DNA of 64,000 nt from NCBI GenBank assembly GCA_965215195.1, contig CBDCDC010000002.1, forward strand, positions 3,456,001-3,520,000. Direction: 5' to 3'. The notes beneath the pieces were generated by a model. That model was not told the origin of the DNA and did not search any database. It saw only the letters and a program-made list of their open reading frames with translations. The translations under genes and the position numbers were made by a program. Shown here in pieces: positions 44,990 through 53,713 of the stretch (position 1 is the first letter of the stretch; every line of letters begins with the position of its first letter). This stretch comes from Candidatus Latescibacterota bacterium. GTDB taxonomy: Bacteria > Latescibacterota > UBA2968 > UBA8231.

Positions 44990-47374
44990 CTATTTGAGCA
45001 ACAGCATCTTGTGGACTAACGAGGCAGCGCCCTTCTGTAGGCGCACTAAATAGACGCCCGTGGCCACAGGTTTTCCGCTGGCGTCCGCTCCATCCCATTC
45101 AACTTGGTAAACGCCCGGTCCTGCATAGCCCTCGGCGAGCGTCTTCACCCTCTGGCCCTGTACGTCGAAAACTTCCAAATGCACCCGGCCCGGCTCTTCG
45201 AGGCGGTAGCCGATGGTTGTGGAGCTATTGAACGGATTGGGATAGTTCGGCTCTAGGGCAAATGCTCGCGGCGCAGCACTTTGGTTTCCTTCCTCCCGCA
45301 CAGCCGTAATCCCACCAGAGGGCTGGGCAGCGACCAAGTAAATATCGTCGAGGTAGAAGGTTCCGCGCAGGGAGCCGATGAAGCGCAGCGATTCGATCGA
45401 GCCGTCGAAGGCCAGCTCGTCCAAGCCGACCTCAATCACTTGCCATTGGTCTAGTTCCCAGTCCAATTGATCCGTCACATCCAGCCGATTGTCGGTATCG
45501 CCGTTGACAAGCCAAGTCAAGGAGGGCCGGAAGCCGCCAACGGCCGTGCCGGGATGCAAAGCCAAGCGCAGCGCGACGTAGCCGACGTTGGCGACCGGCA
45601 CGCGGGGCAGAAATTCAATGGTGAAACCCCGGGCTTCTACCCGCATCGCTCGCTGACCAGCGAAGACGGTATCGGCATGGGTCGGGTTGAGTTGTGCGCT
45701 GTAGAGTGCGCCTTGGTCCCAAGCGAGCTCGTCGGCAAAGAGGACTTGATCCTCTCTGGGCAGCACGACGACGGAATGCACCAGTTTGGTCGCCTCGTCG
45801 CCTTGGGCGAGATGCACCACCAGCTTTTTGCGGCCATTGTGTTCGCCGGCCGCGAGGTCGGCTTCGAGGCGATAGGTCTGATCGTCTATTCGTTGCAACG
45901 GCAACGCCTCCGAGCCGCCCAGCGCAGCTAAATTGGCCGTCAGTTGGGCTGGCTCGGCGTCTGCTACCTGTCGCCGGAGGCGAATCGTCGAATGCAGGGA
46001 CAGCGCTGCGCCAGCGAGCAAGGTGTCGGGCGGGGGGTTTTCCCATGTGCCTTGGAGGGGGCTGGCCTCAATGCGGAAGATGGCTTGGGTGAAGTCATCG
46101 CTGGTCAAATAGAGGCGTCCGGCCTCGTCGGTAATCAGCCCAACGGGCTTGCCCCACACGGTATTCGCGTTGGGGTTGGGACGAAAGCCGGTGAGAAAAT
46201 CGGCGATGCGGGCGTTGGACCCATCCGGCTCGGCAAAGAGCGCCATGACCTTGTAGCCCGGATCGTTGCCCAACACGCCAGCGCGGAAGGCGACAAACGC
46301 GGCGTGTTTGTACTGAGGGGGAAACTGGTCGTGCGTGTAGAAATGCAGCGCCATGGGCGCCAAATGGGCGGGCACGAGGGCGGCCGGGCGCTCCATGCTG
46401 GCGACCAACAGCGAGTCGGCGCGGGTCAGCGGGAAAATTGCCCGTTGGTACGCGCCAATGGAGAAATCGGTCCAGACCTGATAGGCATAGGCCAAGGGCC
46501 AGCCATAGAAGTGGCCATCGCGAATAGGAGTAATCCATTCCGGCGGCAAGCCCCGTCCCTCGCGGTCGTGCCCATTGCCAGCGCCCCACAGTTCGCCGGT
46601 GACCGGGTGCAAGTCAAGGCCGATGGCATTGCGCAGGCCAGAGGCAAAAATCCGCCGACCCGTGCCGTCAGTGTTGAACTGTAGGACCGTGGAGCGTTCC
46701 GGGTCGTCTTCCCGGCACAGGTCGCAACTCGAGCCAACGTGGAAGTAGAGCTTGTCGTTGGATTCGTCAAAGACCAGCGTATGGGTCACGTGTTCGGCGG
46801 CGCGGCCCATAAAGCCGGGCACCTCGGCAAAGACGGCGCGCTCCTCGTAAAAGCCATCCGCGTCCCGGTCTTCGAGGCGGTAGATCGCATCGTCGTCGGC
46901 CACGAAGAGCGCTCCCTCGTAGAAGGCGACGCTGTGGGGCCAGTGAAAGTCGTCGGCCGCCTTGTACGCGGTGTCGGCGCGGCCATCGCCATCTTGGTCG
47001 GGCAAGGCCAACACCGTGCCTTGCCGGCCCGAGGCCGGGCTCCATTGGTTTCTTCCGCGAGTCTTCATGTTGGCTACGTGCAGGACGCCTTGGTCGTCCC
47101 AAGCCATGAAGCGAGCTTTATCTACTTGATCGGAGAAGAGCTTGACCTTAAAGCCGGGCGGGAGGTTGAGCGTGCGGTCGGGGAGGCCCTCAACCGGCGT
47201 TGGTTCGAGGTGGAGGTCGATCTTGGGTGTTAAGCGGATCTGACCGGGGGGGTAATCGGCGTGGAGCGCGGGGCTTCCCGTCGCCAGCATTGGCGACGCA
47301 CCCGCGAGAAGGATACAGAGCGTGAAAATTCTCCCATAGACGACGTGTGCAGCAGGCTGGACAGACATGGACAA
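44990..47374 (-). CDS. Glucose/sorbosone dehydrogenase-family beta-propeller protein with a FlgD/T9SS-like C-terminal domain
   Basis: LPPGFKV, GSSCDLC, GLRNAIG, YGWP and AHLAP motifs; C-terminal NYPNPFN..KMLLLK. Confidence 0.85.
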   Translation of the reverse strand: MSMSVQPAAHVVYGRIFTLCILLAGASPMLATGSPALHADYPPGQIRLTPKIDLHLEPTPVEGLPDRTLNLPPGFKVKLFSDQVDKARFMAWDDQGVLHVANMKTRGRNQWSPASGRQGTVLALPDQDGDGRADTAYKAADDFHWPHSVAFYEGALFVADDDAIYRLEDRDADGFYEERAVFAEVPGFMGRAAEHVTHTLVFDESNDKLYFHVGSSCDLCREDDPERSTVLQFNTDGTGRRIFASGLRNAIGLDLHPVTGELWGAGNGHDREGRGLPPEWITPIRDGHFYGWPLAYAYQVWTDFSIGAYQRAIFPLTRADSLLVASMERPAALVPAHLAPMALHFYTHDQFPPQYKHAAFVAFRAGVLGNDPGYKVMALFAEPDGSNARIADFLTGFRPNPNANTVWGKPVGLITDEAGRLYLTSDDFTQAIFRIEASPLQGTWENPPPDTLLAGAALSLHSTIRLRRQVADAEPAQLTANLAALGGSEALPLQRIDDQTYRLEADLAAGEHNGRKKLVVHLAQGDEATKLVHSVVVLPREDQVLFADELAWDQGALYSAQLNPTHADTVFAGQRAMRVEARGFTIEFLPRVPVANVGYVALRLALHPGTAVGGFRPSLTWLVNGDTDNRLDVTDQLDWELDQWQVIEVGLDELAFDGSIESLRFIGSLRGTFYLDDIYLVAAQPSGGITAVREEGNQSAAPRAFALEPNYPNPFNSSTTIGYRLEEPGRVHLEVFDVQGQRVKTLAEGYAGPGVYQVEWDGADASGKPVATGVYLVRLQKGAASLVHKMLLLK

Positions 47375-47472
47375 CTCCGGTGGTTTGAGTTCTTACTATT
47401 CAAACATAACGAAACGGTTTTTTCTCAACAGGGCTGTTCGCCGGAAGAGTGCTGGCGGAGAGGTCGATCTTC

Positions 47473-48654
47473 TTAAAGACCTCGGGTAGCGTCCAAGAGA
47501 ATTGCCGAGGTGAGAAAGTGTTTGGGGGCCGGTGGCCCTGGGGCCGGGCGCACCCGGCTCTCGGCGATTATGCGCAGACGCACAAAGCCCTCGGCATCGG
47601 GCGGGATCTCCAGCGTCCACTCGCACCTACCGGCTGGCTGGCTATTCAGACGGTCCAGCACGGCGGGCGCGGCATTCGGCTGCCACTGGCCAATCAACTC
47701 GGCCTTTTCGACCGCTTCGGTTGCCTCAAAGGCGACGTGCAAAACACCGGCCCCTCCCGTCCAAGTGTCGCCGATAAAATGGTTATCGACCGAGAAATCA
47801 ACGAGGTCGATCCAGTGCCCTTGGGCGGCACAAGTACGTCCTCGGCGCAGGCCGGCGAAAATCGCTTCTGGGGTGGGTTGGTGCCCCACCTTCACGCCGA
47901 CCCGGACGTGGTTGAAGATGCCTAGCGGATAATCGGACTGGTGCAACTGCTTGTGGACGTGGAAGTCGGAGTTCAATAGCAGGGAAAAGGGCCGCTGGCA
48001 GGCGTACACTTGGTCAACCAAGCCGCCAATGGCACCTCCCGGATAGGCACACGGGTCCATTGCAGCGACTTTGGCGTGAGCTTGGTGTCCGTGCAAGGCT
48101 TCAATGCCGATGACAAGACTCGCCGCTTCACCGCGCCCCAGCGCGAGCTTTCTAGCCCCGCCATCAGCGGCGAGATAGCGGTTGATGCTCTCTGTGGACC
48201 ACTGGCCGGCAGCGGGGTGATTAAAGAAGAGGACGGGGCGCTCGGCCGCCGGCAGCGCACTCAAGTGCTCTAAAGCCGTTTCCACGCCAACAGGCGCTGC
48301 AGCCCCCAGCCGATCGTGGGCTGCGGCAAAGGCATAGGCGTTTTCGGCCTCGCGCTCGCCTATCGGAAAGACGAGCCCAGCGTGGCCTCCCATAGGCGCG
48401 TTCCACTCTAACCCGAAGAAGATGGGGAACCCCGGCAGGATGCAGCGGGCTTGCTCAATCATGCGATGTTGCTCAAAGAAGACGGGTTTTTGCGCGTGGT
48501 TGGTCAGAGCGATAAAATCGAGTGTGTTGCACACCCCTTCCAAATGCTCGGCGACCAAGGCGTGATCTTCGCAGTGGTTGTGCATATCGCCGCGGACCCA
48601 CCTCAGAGGCCCGCGTGTCGTTTCATCGGCCATGGCAAAACGGTGCGTGGTCAA
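47473..48654 (-). CDS. PHP-domain metallohydrolase
   Basis: GDMHNH, LTNH, GLEW..GH, FNHP and NSDFH motifs. The start may be the ATG at 48633. Confidence 0.8.
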   Translation of the reverse strand: MTTHRFAMADETTRGPLRWVRGDMHNHCEDHALVAEHLEGVCNTLDFIALTNHAQKPVFFEQHRMIEQARCILPGFPIFFGLEWNAPMGGHAGLVFPIGEREAENAYAFAAAHDRLGAAAPVGVETALEHLSALPAAERPVLFFNHPAAGQWSTESINRYLAADGGARKLALGRGEAASLVIGIEALHGHQAHAKVAAMDPCAYPGGAIGGLVDQVYACQRPFSLLLNSDFHVHKQLHQSDYPLGIFNHVRVGVKVGHQPTPEAIFAGLRRGRTCAAQGHWIDLVDFSVDNHFIGDTWTGGAGVLHVAFEATEAVEKAELIGQWQPNAAPAVLDRLNSQPAGRCEWTLEIPPDAEGFVRLRIIAESRVRPAPGPPAPKHFLTSAILLDATRGL

Positions 48655-48674
48655 CGGGGAAGTATTCTCTAATA

Positions 48675-49559
48675 ACCAATGGTGCTAGTGAGTTGACCGT
48701 GGTCAAGGTAGTTCCTACGCTGAGGGTATCCCCCCTTTCAGCGAAGGAGCGTCCCATGACCACGGCCGAGTTTATAATAGCCCTGTTCTGTCGAATCGAC
48801 CACCAGATGGGCGATGTGCCCAAACACCCCCAAGCCGCCTTATATCCCAGCGAAACGGTGACCTTGGCGGTTCTGTATGCGCTCAAAGGGGGCGGCAAAC
48901 GGGCGTTTTATCGCTGGGTAGCGCGCGATTGGCGCGCCTTTTTTCCGCGCCTGCCCGAGCGCACCCGCTTGTTCCGCCTGTTTGCCGCCCATGCGGACTG
49001 GACCGATCGCTTTCGAGCGGACCCCACCCCTTTAGGCGTGATCGATAGCTATGGCATCGAGTTGATCCATCCAGTACGCGAAGGCCGCTCCGCTCACCCT
49101 ATCGGCCGGAAAGGGCGGTCCAATCACCGCTGGATCGTCGGCGGCAAGCTGGGCTTGATCGTCAACCAATGGGGCTTGATCGTCGATTGGGATTGTAATA
49201 CCGCCAATGTCCACGATACGGTCTTTCACCCGATGATTGGCCGCTACGAAGAGCAGATGATCCTCCTCAGCGACCAAGGCTTTCATGCCAAAGCCGGTGA
49301 TCCGGCCAATCTGAAAGTGTGTCCCCGCAAAACGTGGGGCGAGCGTATGGTCATCGAGACCGTCTTTTCCATGCTGACCCGCATCGGGCACTTCAAGCGA
49401 CAGACCCATCGAGCCTGGGCCTACTTTAGAGCGCATCTGAGCTTTGCCATGGCCACCTTCAACCTGCTGGTTCAGTGGCACGGGTTGCAACCCGATGAAA
49501 ATGGATTCGTCCGCTTGTCCATCGCGGAATTTAGCTTGTAGCCCACTAGCACCATTGGT
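48675..49559 (+). mobile_element. IS982-like insertion sequence, copy 3 (885 bp)
   Basis: Same inverted repeats; TAATA duplicated at 48670-48674 and 49560-49564; transposase protein identical to copy 1. Confidence 0.93.
48756..49541 (+). CDS. DDE transposase, IS982-like
   Basis: Intact 261-aa ORF. Confidence 0.9.
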   Translation: MTTAEFIIALFCRIDHQMGDVPKHPQAALYPSETVTLAVLYALKGGGKRAFYRWVARDWRAFFPRLPERTRLFRLFAAHADWTDRFRADPTPLGVIDSYGIELIHPVREGRSAHPIGRKGRSNHRWIVGGKLGLIVNQWGLIVDWDCNTANVHDTVFHPMIGRYEEQMILLSDQGFHAKAGDPANLKVCPRKTWGERMVIETVFSMLTRIGHFKRQTHRAWAYFRAHLSFAMATFNLLVQWHGLQPDENGFVRLSIAEFSL

Positions 49560-49652
49560 TAATAATCGCCTGTCAACTTGAGCTTGCAATACCAGCCTTA
49601 TTAGATTAAGCGAAAACTTGGACTGCGTAAAAGAATCGCTCGGAGCAAAACA

Positions 49653-51677
49653 GTGCATAAATGGTCCATTCTCATCGCGCTCGCGCTAACTACCGCACCA
49701 GCATCCGCTCAGATTTCGCTGTGGAAGCTGGGCGGCCAAGGCTTGGCTTGGAGCCGGAACGACAGCAGCGAAGTCTTTATCGACTTCGACACCTTTCCCG
49801 GCTCAATAGCACCGACCTACTTCGATGGCGAGGAGAACATTCTCTCCAAACTCCCCTTTTGGTCGCCCTTCAAGTTTCCCACCGACTTGGGCTACGAAGA
49901 CGGCCTCATTCCGCGAGTCTGGCGCGCGGCCAACGGCTTCTATTGGTTCACGGCCGGAACCCTGACGACCGAGTGGGTCGACGGCGACAGCTCTTCGTAC
50001 AGCCCGCCGGTGGCACGCGGCATCAACTCGGAATGGTACACCTTCGACGTAGGGGTCCCCGTGCCAGCCGACGTAGTCGGGTTCTACACGCCGCCGCATG
50101 GGTTCCGCGCCGACGGCACACTGCTGCGCGACGATATCTTCAAGGCATTTGAAGTCTCAATCGCCGAGGAATTCGATCCGGTCCTCAACTTGGAGAATGA
50201 CGACAACGACTATCACCGCCTAGAGAAGCTGGTCGCCGATGTGCCACTCAATTTCGACGCCAATATCCAACTCGAATTTCCCAAACAGTACGTGCGCTTC
50301 ATACGCCTACAGCGCAAGCCCTCCATCGACGACAAAGCCTTTGCCTCGGGCCAAGCCAATGTCCAGCAGGGAACCATTGGCGAGTTCGAGCTCAAGGGCG
50401 AAGGGGTGCCCAAGCGGGTATTTTACCTGTCTAAAATTATCTCCCTCGGCCGCACGGTGAATTTCGGGCGTCTTTTCTGGGACGCCGCCCCCATGCGAAT
50501 GGTCAATGGGGTTCCTACCCCCGTTGACGACGCCCAAGCCCGAGTCGCGATCTCCGTGCGCTCTGGCCGCGACGACGACCCCAATGTCTATCACGAATTT
50601 ACCGATACCGGGGCCGAGCGGACGGTCTCGCGCGAGCGTTTCGAGAACGAACTCAAGCAACCAGACCAGAATACCGACGGCCTAATCCAAGAGGGCAAAC
50701 CCGGCCTTAGAGCCTCAATCGCGTACGACCAAGACAACTGGACCTTCTGGTCATTTCCCCTCGCCGAGTCTGGGCAGCCCGCCCCGCTGGAGCGCGGCAA
50801 CCATATCCAAGTGAGACTCGCCTTCGAGAGCAGTTCCTTCTTCGACTTCGTGCGGCTCGACTCGCTGTGGGTTGAGATCGCACCGCCGCTGGCCTCGCAA
50901 GTCATAGGCGAGGTCGCCCGCTTTGACGAGCCAACGCCCGATGGCGGCCTAACCGAGGTGTACTTAGGTGAGATGACGGACTTTACTTACGATGTGCGCA
51001 CCCAATTCGACGCGGCGAGCCAGCCGGGCTTCGACGCGATCCGGATCCGCACAGGCAGCCGCCCCCGGTTCAAACAGCTAGCCATGGGCCAGCCACTCCA
51101 AGTACGAGAACCGACCGAGGTGATAGAAGGAGACAACGAACTAGTAGTGCATTTGCCACAGTCGGTCACGCGCAGCCGCAACGAACCGGTGCGGCTAGTC
51201 TTCGGCACCGAGGTTTTCATCTTTGCCAACACGTTCGCCGGCGAGGTGTTCGACACGAGCGAGGAGAGTCTGCCGCAGCAGATTGAGGCCGGCGACGCTA
51301 CCGACGCGGTCAACACCAACAGCTTGCGGGTCTTGGGTGGGGCCCAAGAAGCTGGGGCACCCATCGAAAACCTAGCTTTTTCAAGCGAGGTATTGACCCC
51401 CAACGGAGACGGTGCCAACGATGTGCTAGCCATCAGCTACACCTTGTTCCGCTTGCCCGCCCCGGTGCCCGTGGCCTTCAACATCTACGACTTGCGCGGC
51501 GTCCGGGTCGGCGGTCGCGAAATCGGAATGCAAAGTGCCGGGCCGCAAACCGTGCGATGGGACGGCCGCGGCGAGGGCGGCGAATTGCTGGCACCGGGTC
51601 TGTATCTGGTGGAAATCGCCCTCAAGTCGGAATTCAAAACCTTCCGCCACCAGCAGCCGCTGGGCTTGGCCTACTAG
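49653..51677 (+). CDS. Secreted hypothetical protein with a C-terminal FlgD-Ig-like domain
   Basis: Signal peptide; C-terminal TPNGDGAND..IYDLRG..WDGR..PGLY. Confidence 0.8.
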   Translation: MHKWSILIALALTTAPASAQISLWKLGGQGLAWSRNDSSEVFIDFDTFPGSIAPTYFDGEENILSKLPFWSPFKFPTDLGYEDGLIPRVWRAANGFYWFTAGTLTTEWVDGDSSSYSPPVARGINSEWYTFDVGVPVPADVVGFYTPPHGFRADGTLLRDDIFKAFEVSIAEEFDPVLNLENDDNDYHRLEKLVADVPLNFDANIQLEFPKQYVRFIRLQRKPSIDDKAFASGQANVQQGTIGEFELKGEGVPKRVFYLSKIISLGRTVNFGRLFWDAAPMRMVNGVPTPVDDAQARVAISVRSGRDDDPNVYHEFTDTGAERTVSRERFENELKQPDQNTDGLIQEGKPGLRASIAYDQDNWTFWSFPLAESGQPAPLERGNHIQVRLAFESSSFFDFVRLDSLWVEIAPPLASQVIGEVARFDEPTPDGGLTEVYLGEMTDFTYDVRTQFDAASQPGFDAIRIRTGSRPRFKQLAMGQPLQVREPTEVIEGDNELVVHLPQSVTRSRNEPVRLVFGTEVFIFANTFAGEVFDTSEESLPQQIEAGDATDAVNTNSLRVLGGAQEAGAPIENLAFSSEVLTPNGDGANDVLAISYTLFRLPAPVPVAFNIYDLRGVRVGGREIGMQSAGPQTVRWDGRGEGGELLAPGLYLVEIALKSEFKTFRHQQPLGLAY

Positions 51678-51692
51678 GCTCAGCCGCTCTCG

Positions 51693-52277
51693 ATGCCTGC
51701 TGGTATAAGCCGCCTGCGCGAAGACATTGTATTTGAAGAGACCCTCAGGGGGCGCACTTTCACCTTCCACTCTACTTGGGGTCTTTTCAACCCCAAGCGC
51801 ATTGACCTAGGTACGCGGCTGCTCATTGAGCACATCCAAGCCGGGCCTGCCGACCACTGCCTCGACTTAGGATGTGGATATGGTCCAATCGGCTTGGCAT
51901 TGGGTTATCTCTGCCCCGAGGGCGAGGTTCATCTGATCGACAAGGACTTCGTCGCTGTCGCCTACGCGGCGCAAAACGCCGAACGCAACGGGCTAACCAA
52001 TTGTCGCGCCTATTTGAGTAACGCCTTCAGCCACGTACCCGCACACCTGCGCTTTGACACCATTGCCTCCAATTTGCCCGCGAAAACAGGCAACGAACTT
52101 CTGACGCTCATCATGCACGACGCCTGCGCCCGCCTCAAACCGGGCGGGCACCTGTGGGTCGTCACCATTGCCGGGCTAAAGGAGTACATCAAGCGCAATT
52201 TCAAGGAAGTCTTCGGCAACTACAAAAAGGTCAAACAGCGGGGGACGTACCTATTATCTCTGGCAGTTAAAGAGTAG
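51693..52277 (+). CDS. Class I SAM-dependent methyltransferase (RsmC/MTS small-domain type)
   Basis: GLF..IDLGTRLL, LDLGCGYG and SNLP motifs. Confidence 0.85.
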   Translation: MPAGISRLREDIVFEETLRGRTFTFHSTWGLFNPKRIDLGTRLLIEHIQAGPADHCLDLGCGYGPIGLALGYLCPEGEVHLIDKDFVAVAYAAQNAERNGLTNCRAYLSNAFSHVPAHLRFDTIASNLPAKTGNELLTLIMHDACARLKPGGHLWVVTIAGLKEYIKRNFKEVFGNYKKVKQRGTYLLSLAVKE

Positions 52278-52292
52278 GGCCTCGGCTGCTTA

Positions 52293-52428
52293 GAAGCCCT
52301 AACAAAAAAGCCTGCGCCCGTGAAAACGGGTGACGCGGGAATGACATGGGCGGACAGGACGCCTGCGTTCCGAGGCTTCGATGTGAGCTCAGCCGAACGT
52401 ATCGCCCAGCAGGTTTTGTTAGAGTCTC
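52293..52428. mobile_element. 136-bp MITE with IS5-family-like ends
   Basis: Ends GAAGCCCTAACAAAA / TTTTGTTAGAGTCTC (12/15 inverted match); TTA on both sides (52290-52292, 52429-52431); related to 54819-54974. Confidence 0.75.
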
Positions 52429-52438
52429 TTAGAGAAAC

Positions 52439-53491
52439 TTATAGCAACTCCTCGTTTACTTCGACGCCAAATCCCGGGCCTTCAGGTACAACCAAGCGCC
52501 CCTCCTGCGGTTGCGGCTCACCCAGCCATAGCTTGTCGCGCACCGCACCGCGCCTACCCATGACTATTTCGGCCAAATTGTCGCCGTAGCCAGCCGCCAA
52601 AAAGTGCAGACCCCAAACCTCGCCGCCGCGGTGCGGCACCAAGGGGATGCCGTGGGCTTGGGCCAGCTTGGCAATGCGCAGCACCGCCGTCAAACCGCCG
52701 CACCAAGTGACGTCCGGTTGCCACAAATCCAGTGCCCGCACCTTGGCAATGTGACCAAAATCCCGGGCGGTGAATTCGTGTTCGCCTCCAGCCAACAAAA
52801 CGGGCTGGATCTGCGGACGCAACGCCGTCAAGCCGTCCAGATCGTCGGGCAGCAGCACGTCTTCAAACCAGTATATGTTGAATGGCGCGAGTTGTTGCGC
52901 TGCGGCCAAGGCAAAGTCGGGCGACCACGACATGTAGGCATCGATCATCAAGAGCGCGTCTTCGCCCAAGGTCTGGCGCGCCCCCTCGGCCCACCCAAAT
53001 ATCCGCGCTATGTCTACGGCTTCGCTTTCTCGCCGCGTCTGCGAAGACTTATGGGCATTAAAGCCCAAGTCGCGATACCAAGCGCAATCTGGGCCTGTGG
53101 CGTAGGCGCACACCTCGTCCCGCCGCCGACCGCCCAGCAAGTCGCAGACGGACTTTCCTTCGGCCCGGGCCAAGACATCCCATAGCGCCAAGTCCACGCC
53201 GCTGATGGCCATGACGGCGATGCCGCTGCGGCCGTAGGGCAGGCTGGCCTTGTATTGGTCGTCCCAGAGCCGGGCGACATCTTCAATGCCGTTGATGCTG
53301 CGCCCCACCAGCAACTCGCGCAAGTGGCGGTTGATCACCTCTGCGGCAGCAATCCCGCCGCCACCCGCTCCCCAACCACTGACGCCGACATCCGTATCTA
53401 TGCGTACGACCATCTGCCAGAAGTGTCGACGCCAAGCAGCGGGCGCGACGCGATAGCGGGGATAAATCGACCGCACTTGGGTTATTTTCAT
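52439..53491 (-). CDS. Mandelate racemase/enolase-superfamily sugar-acid dehydratase (RhmD-like)
   Basis: AISGVDLALWD, LMID, WFED, GEHE, QPDV.WCGG and VPH motifs. Confidence 0.88.
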   Translation of the reverse strand: MKITQVRSIYPRYRVAPAAWRRHFWQMVVRIDTDVGVSGWGAGGGGIAAAEVINRHLRELLVGRSINGIEDVARLWDDQYKASLPYGRSGIAVMAISGVDLALWDVLARAEGKSVCDLLGGRRRDEVCAYATGPDCAWYRDLGFNAHKSSQTRRESEAVDIARIFGWAEGARQTLGEDALLMIDAYMSWSPDFALAAAQQLAPFNIYWFEDVLLPDDLDGLTALRPQIQPVLLAGGEHEFTARDFGHIAKVRALDLWQPDVTWCGGLTAVLRIAKLAQAHGIPLVPHRGGEVWGLHFLAAGYGDNLAEIVMGRRGAVRDKLWLGEPQPQEGRLVVPEGPGFGVEVNEELL

Positions 53492-53713
53492 GCGTAACTC
53501 CTTGTGTACGTTTTGTTTTTATCGCCTTCCATTTTGGTAATCAGCCGCTTCGTGTCATATTATTTGAGGCTAGCCCGATCGTGGATTCACTGGATTCCCG
53601 CTTGTCCCGCCTTGCGGCGCGGTGAAGCGGCACAGAGCCGGCTTTTCAAAAGGGTTAGGGAATCAGTACATATCAAACACCTTGTATTTTAGATCCCATT
53701 ATAGGAACAGCCC

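Noticed and set aside
48645-48654. GCGTGGTCAA near IS copy 3 (also beside copy 1) as a guide-like target match
   Set aside because: It is at a different position and side in the two copies, is absent at copy 2, and here it is simply the start codons of the neighbouring gene.
5556-49559. Composite transposon formed by the IS copies
   Set aside because: Each copy has its own distinct target duplication, so these are independent insertions; mnmG lies between them.
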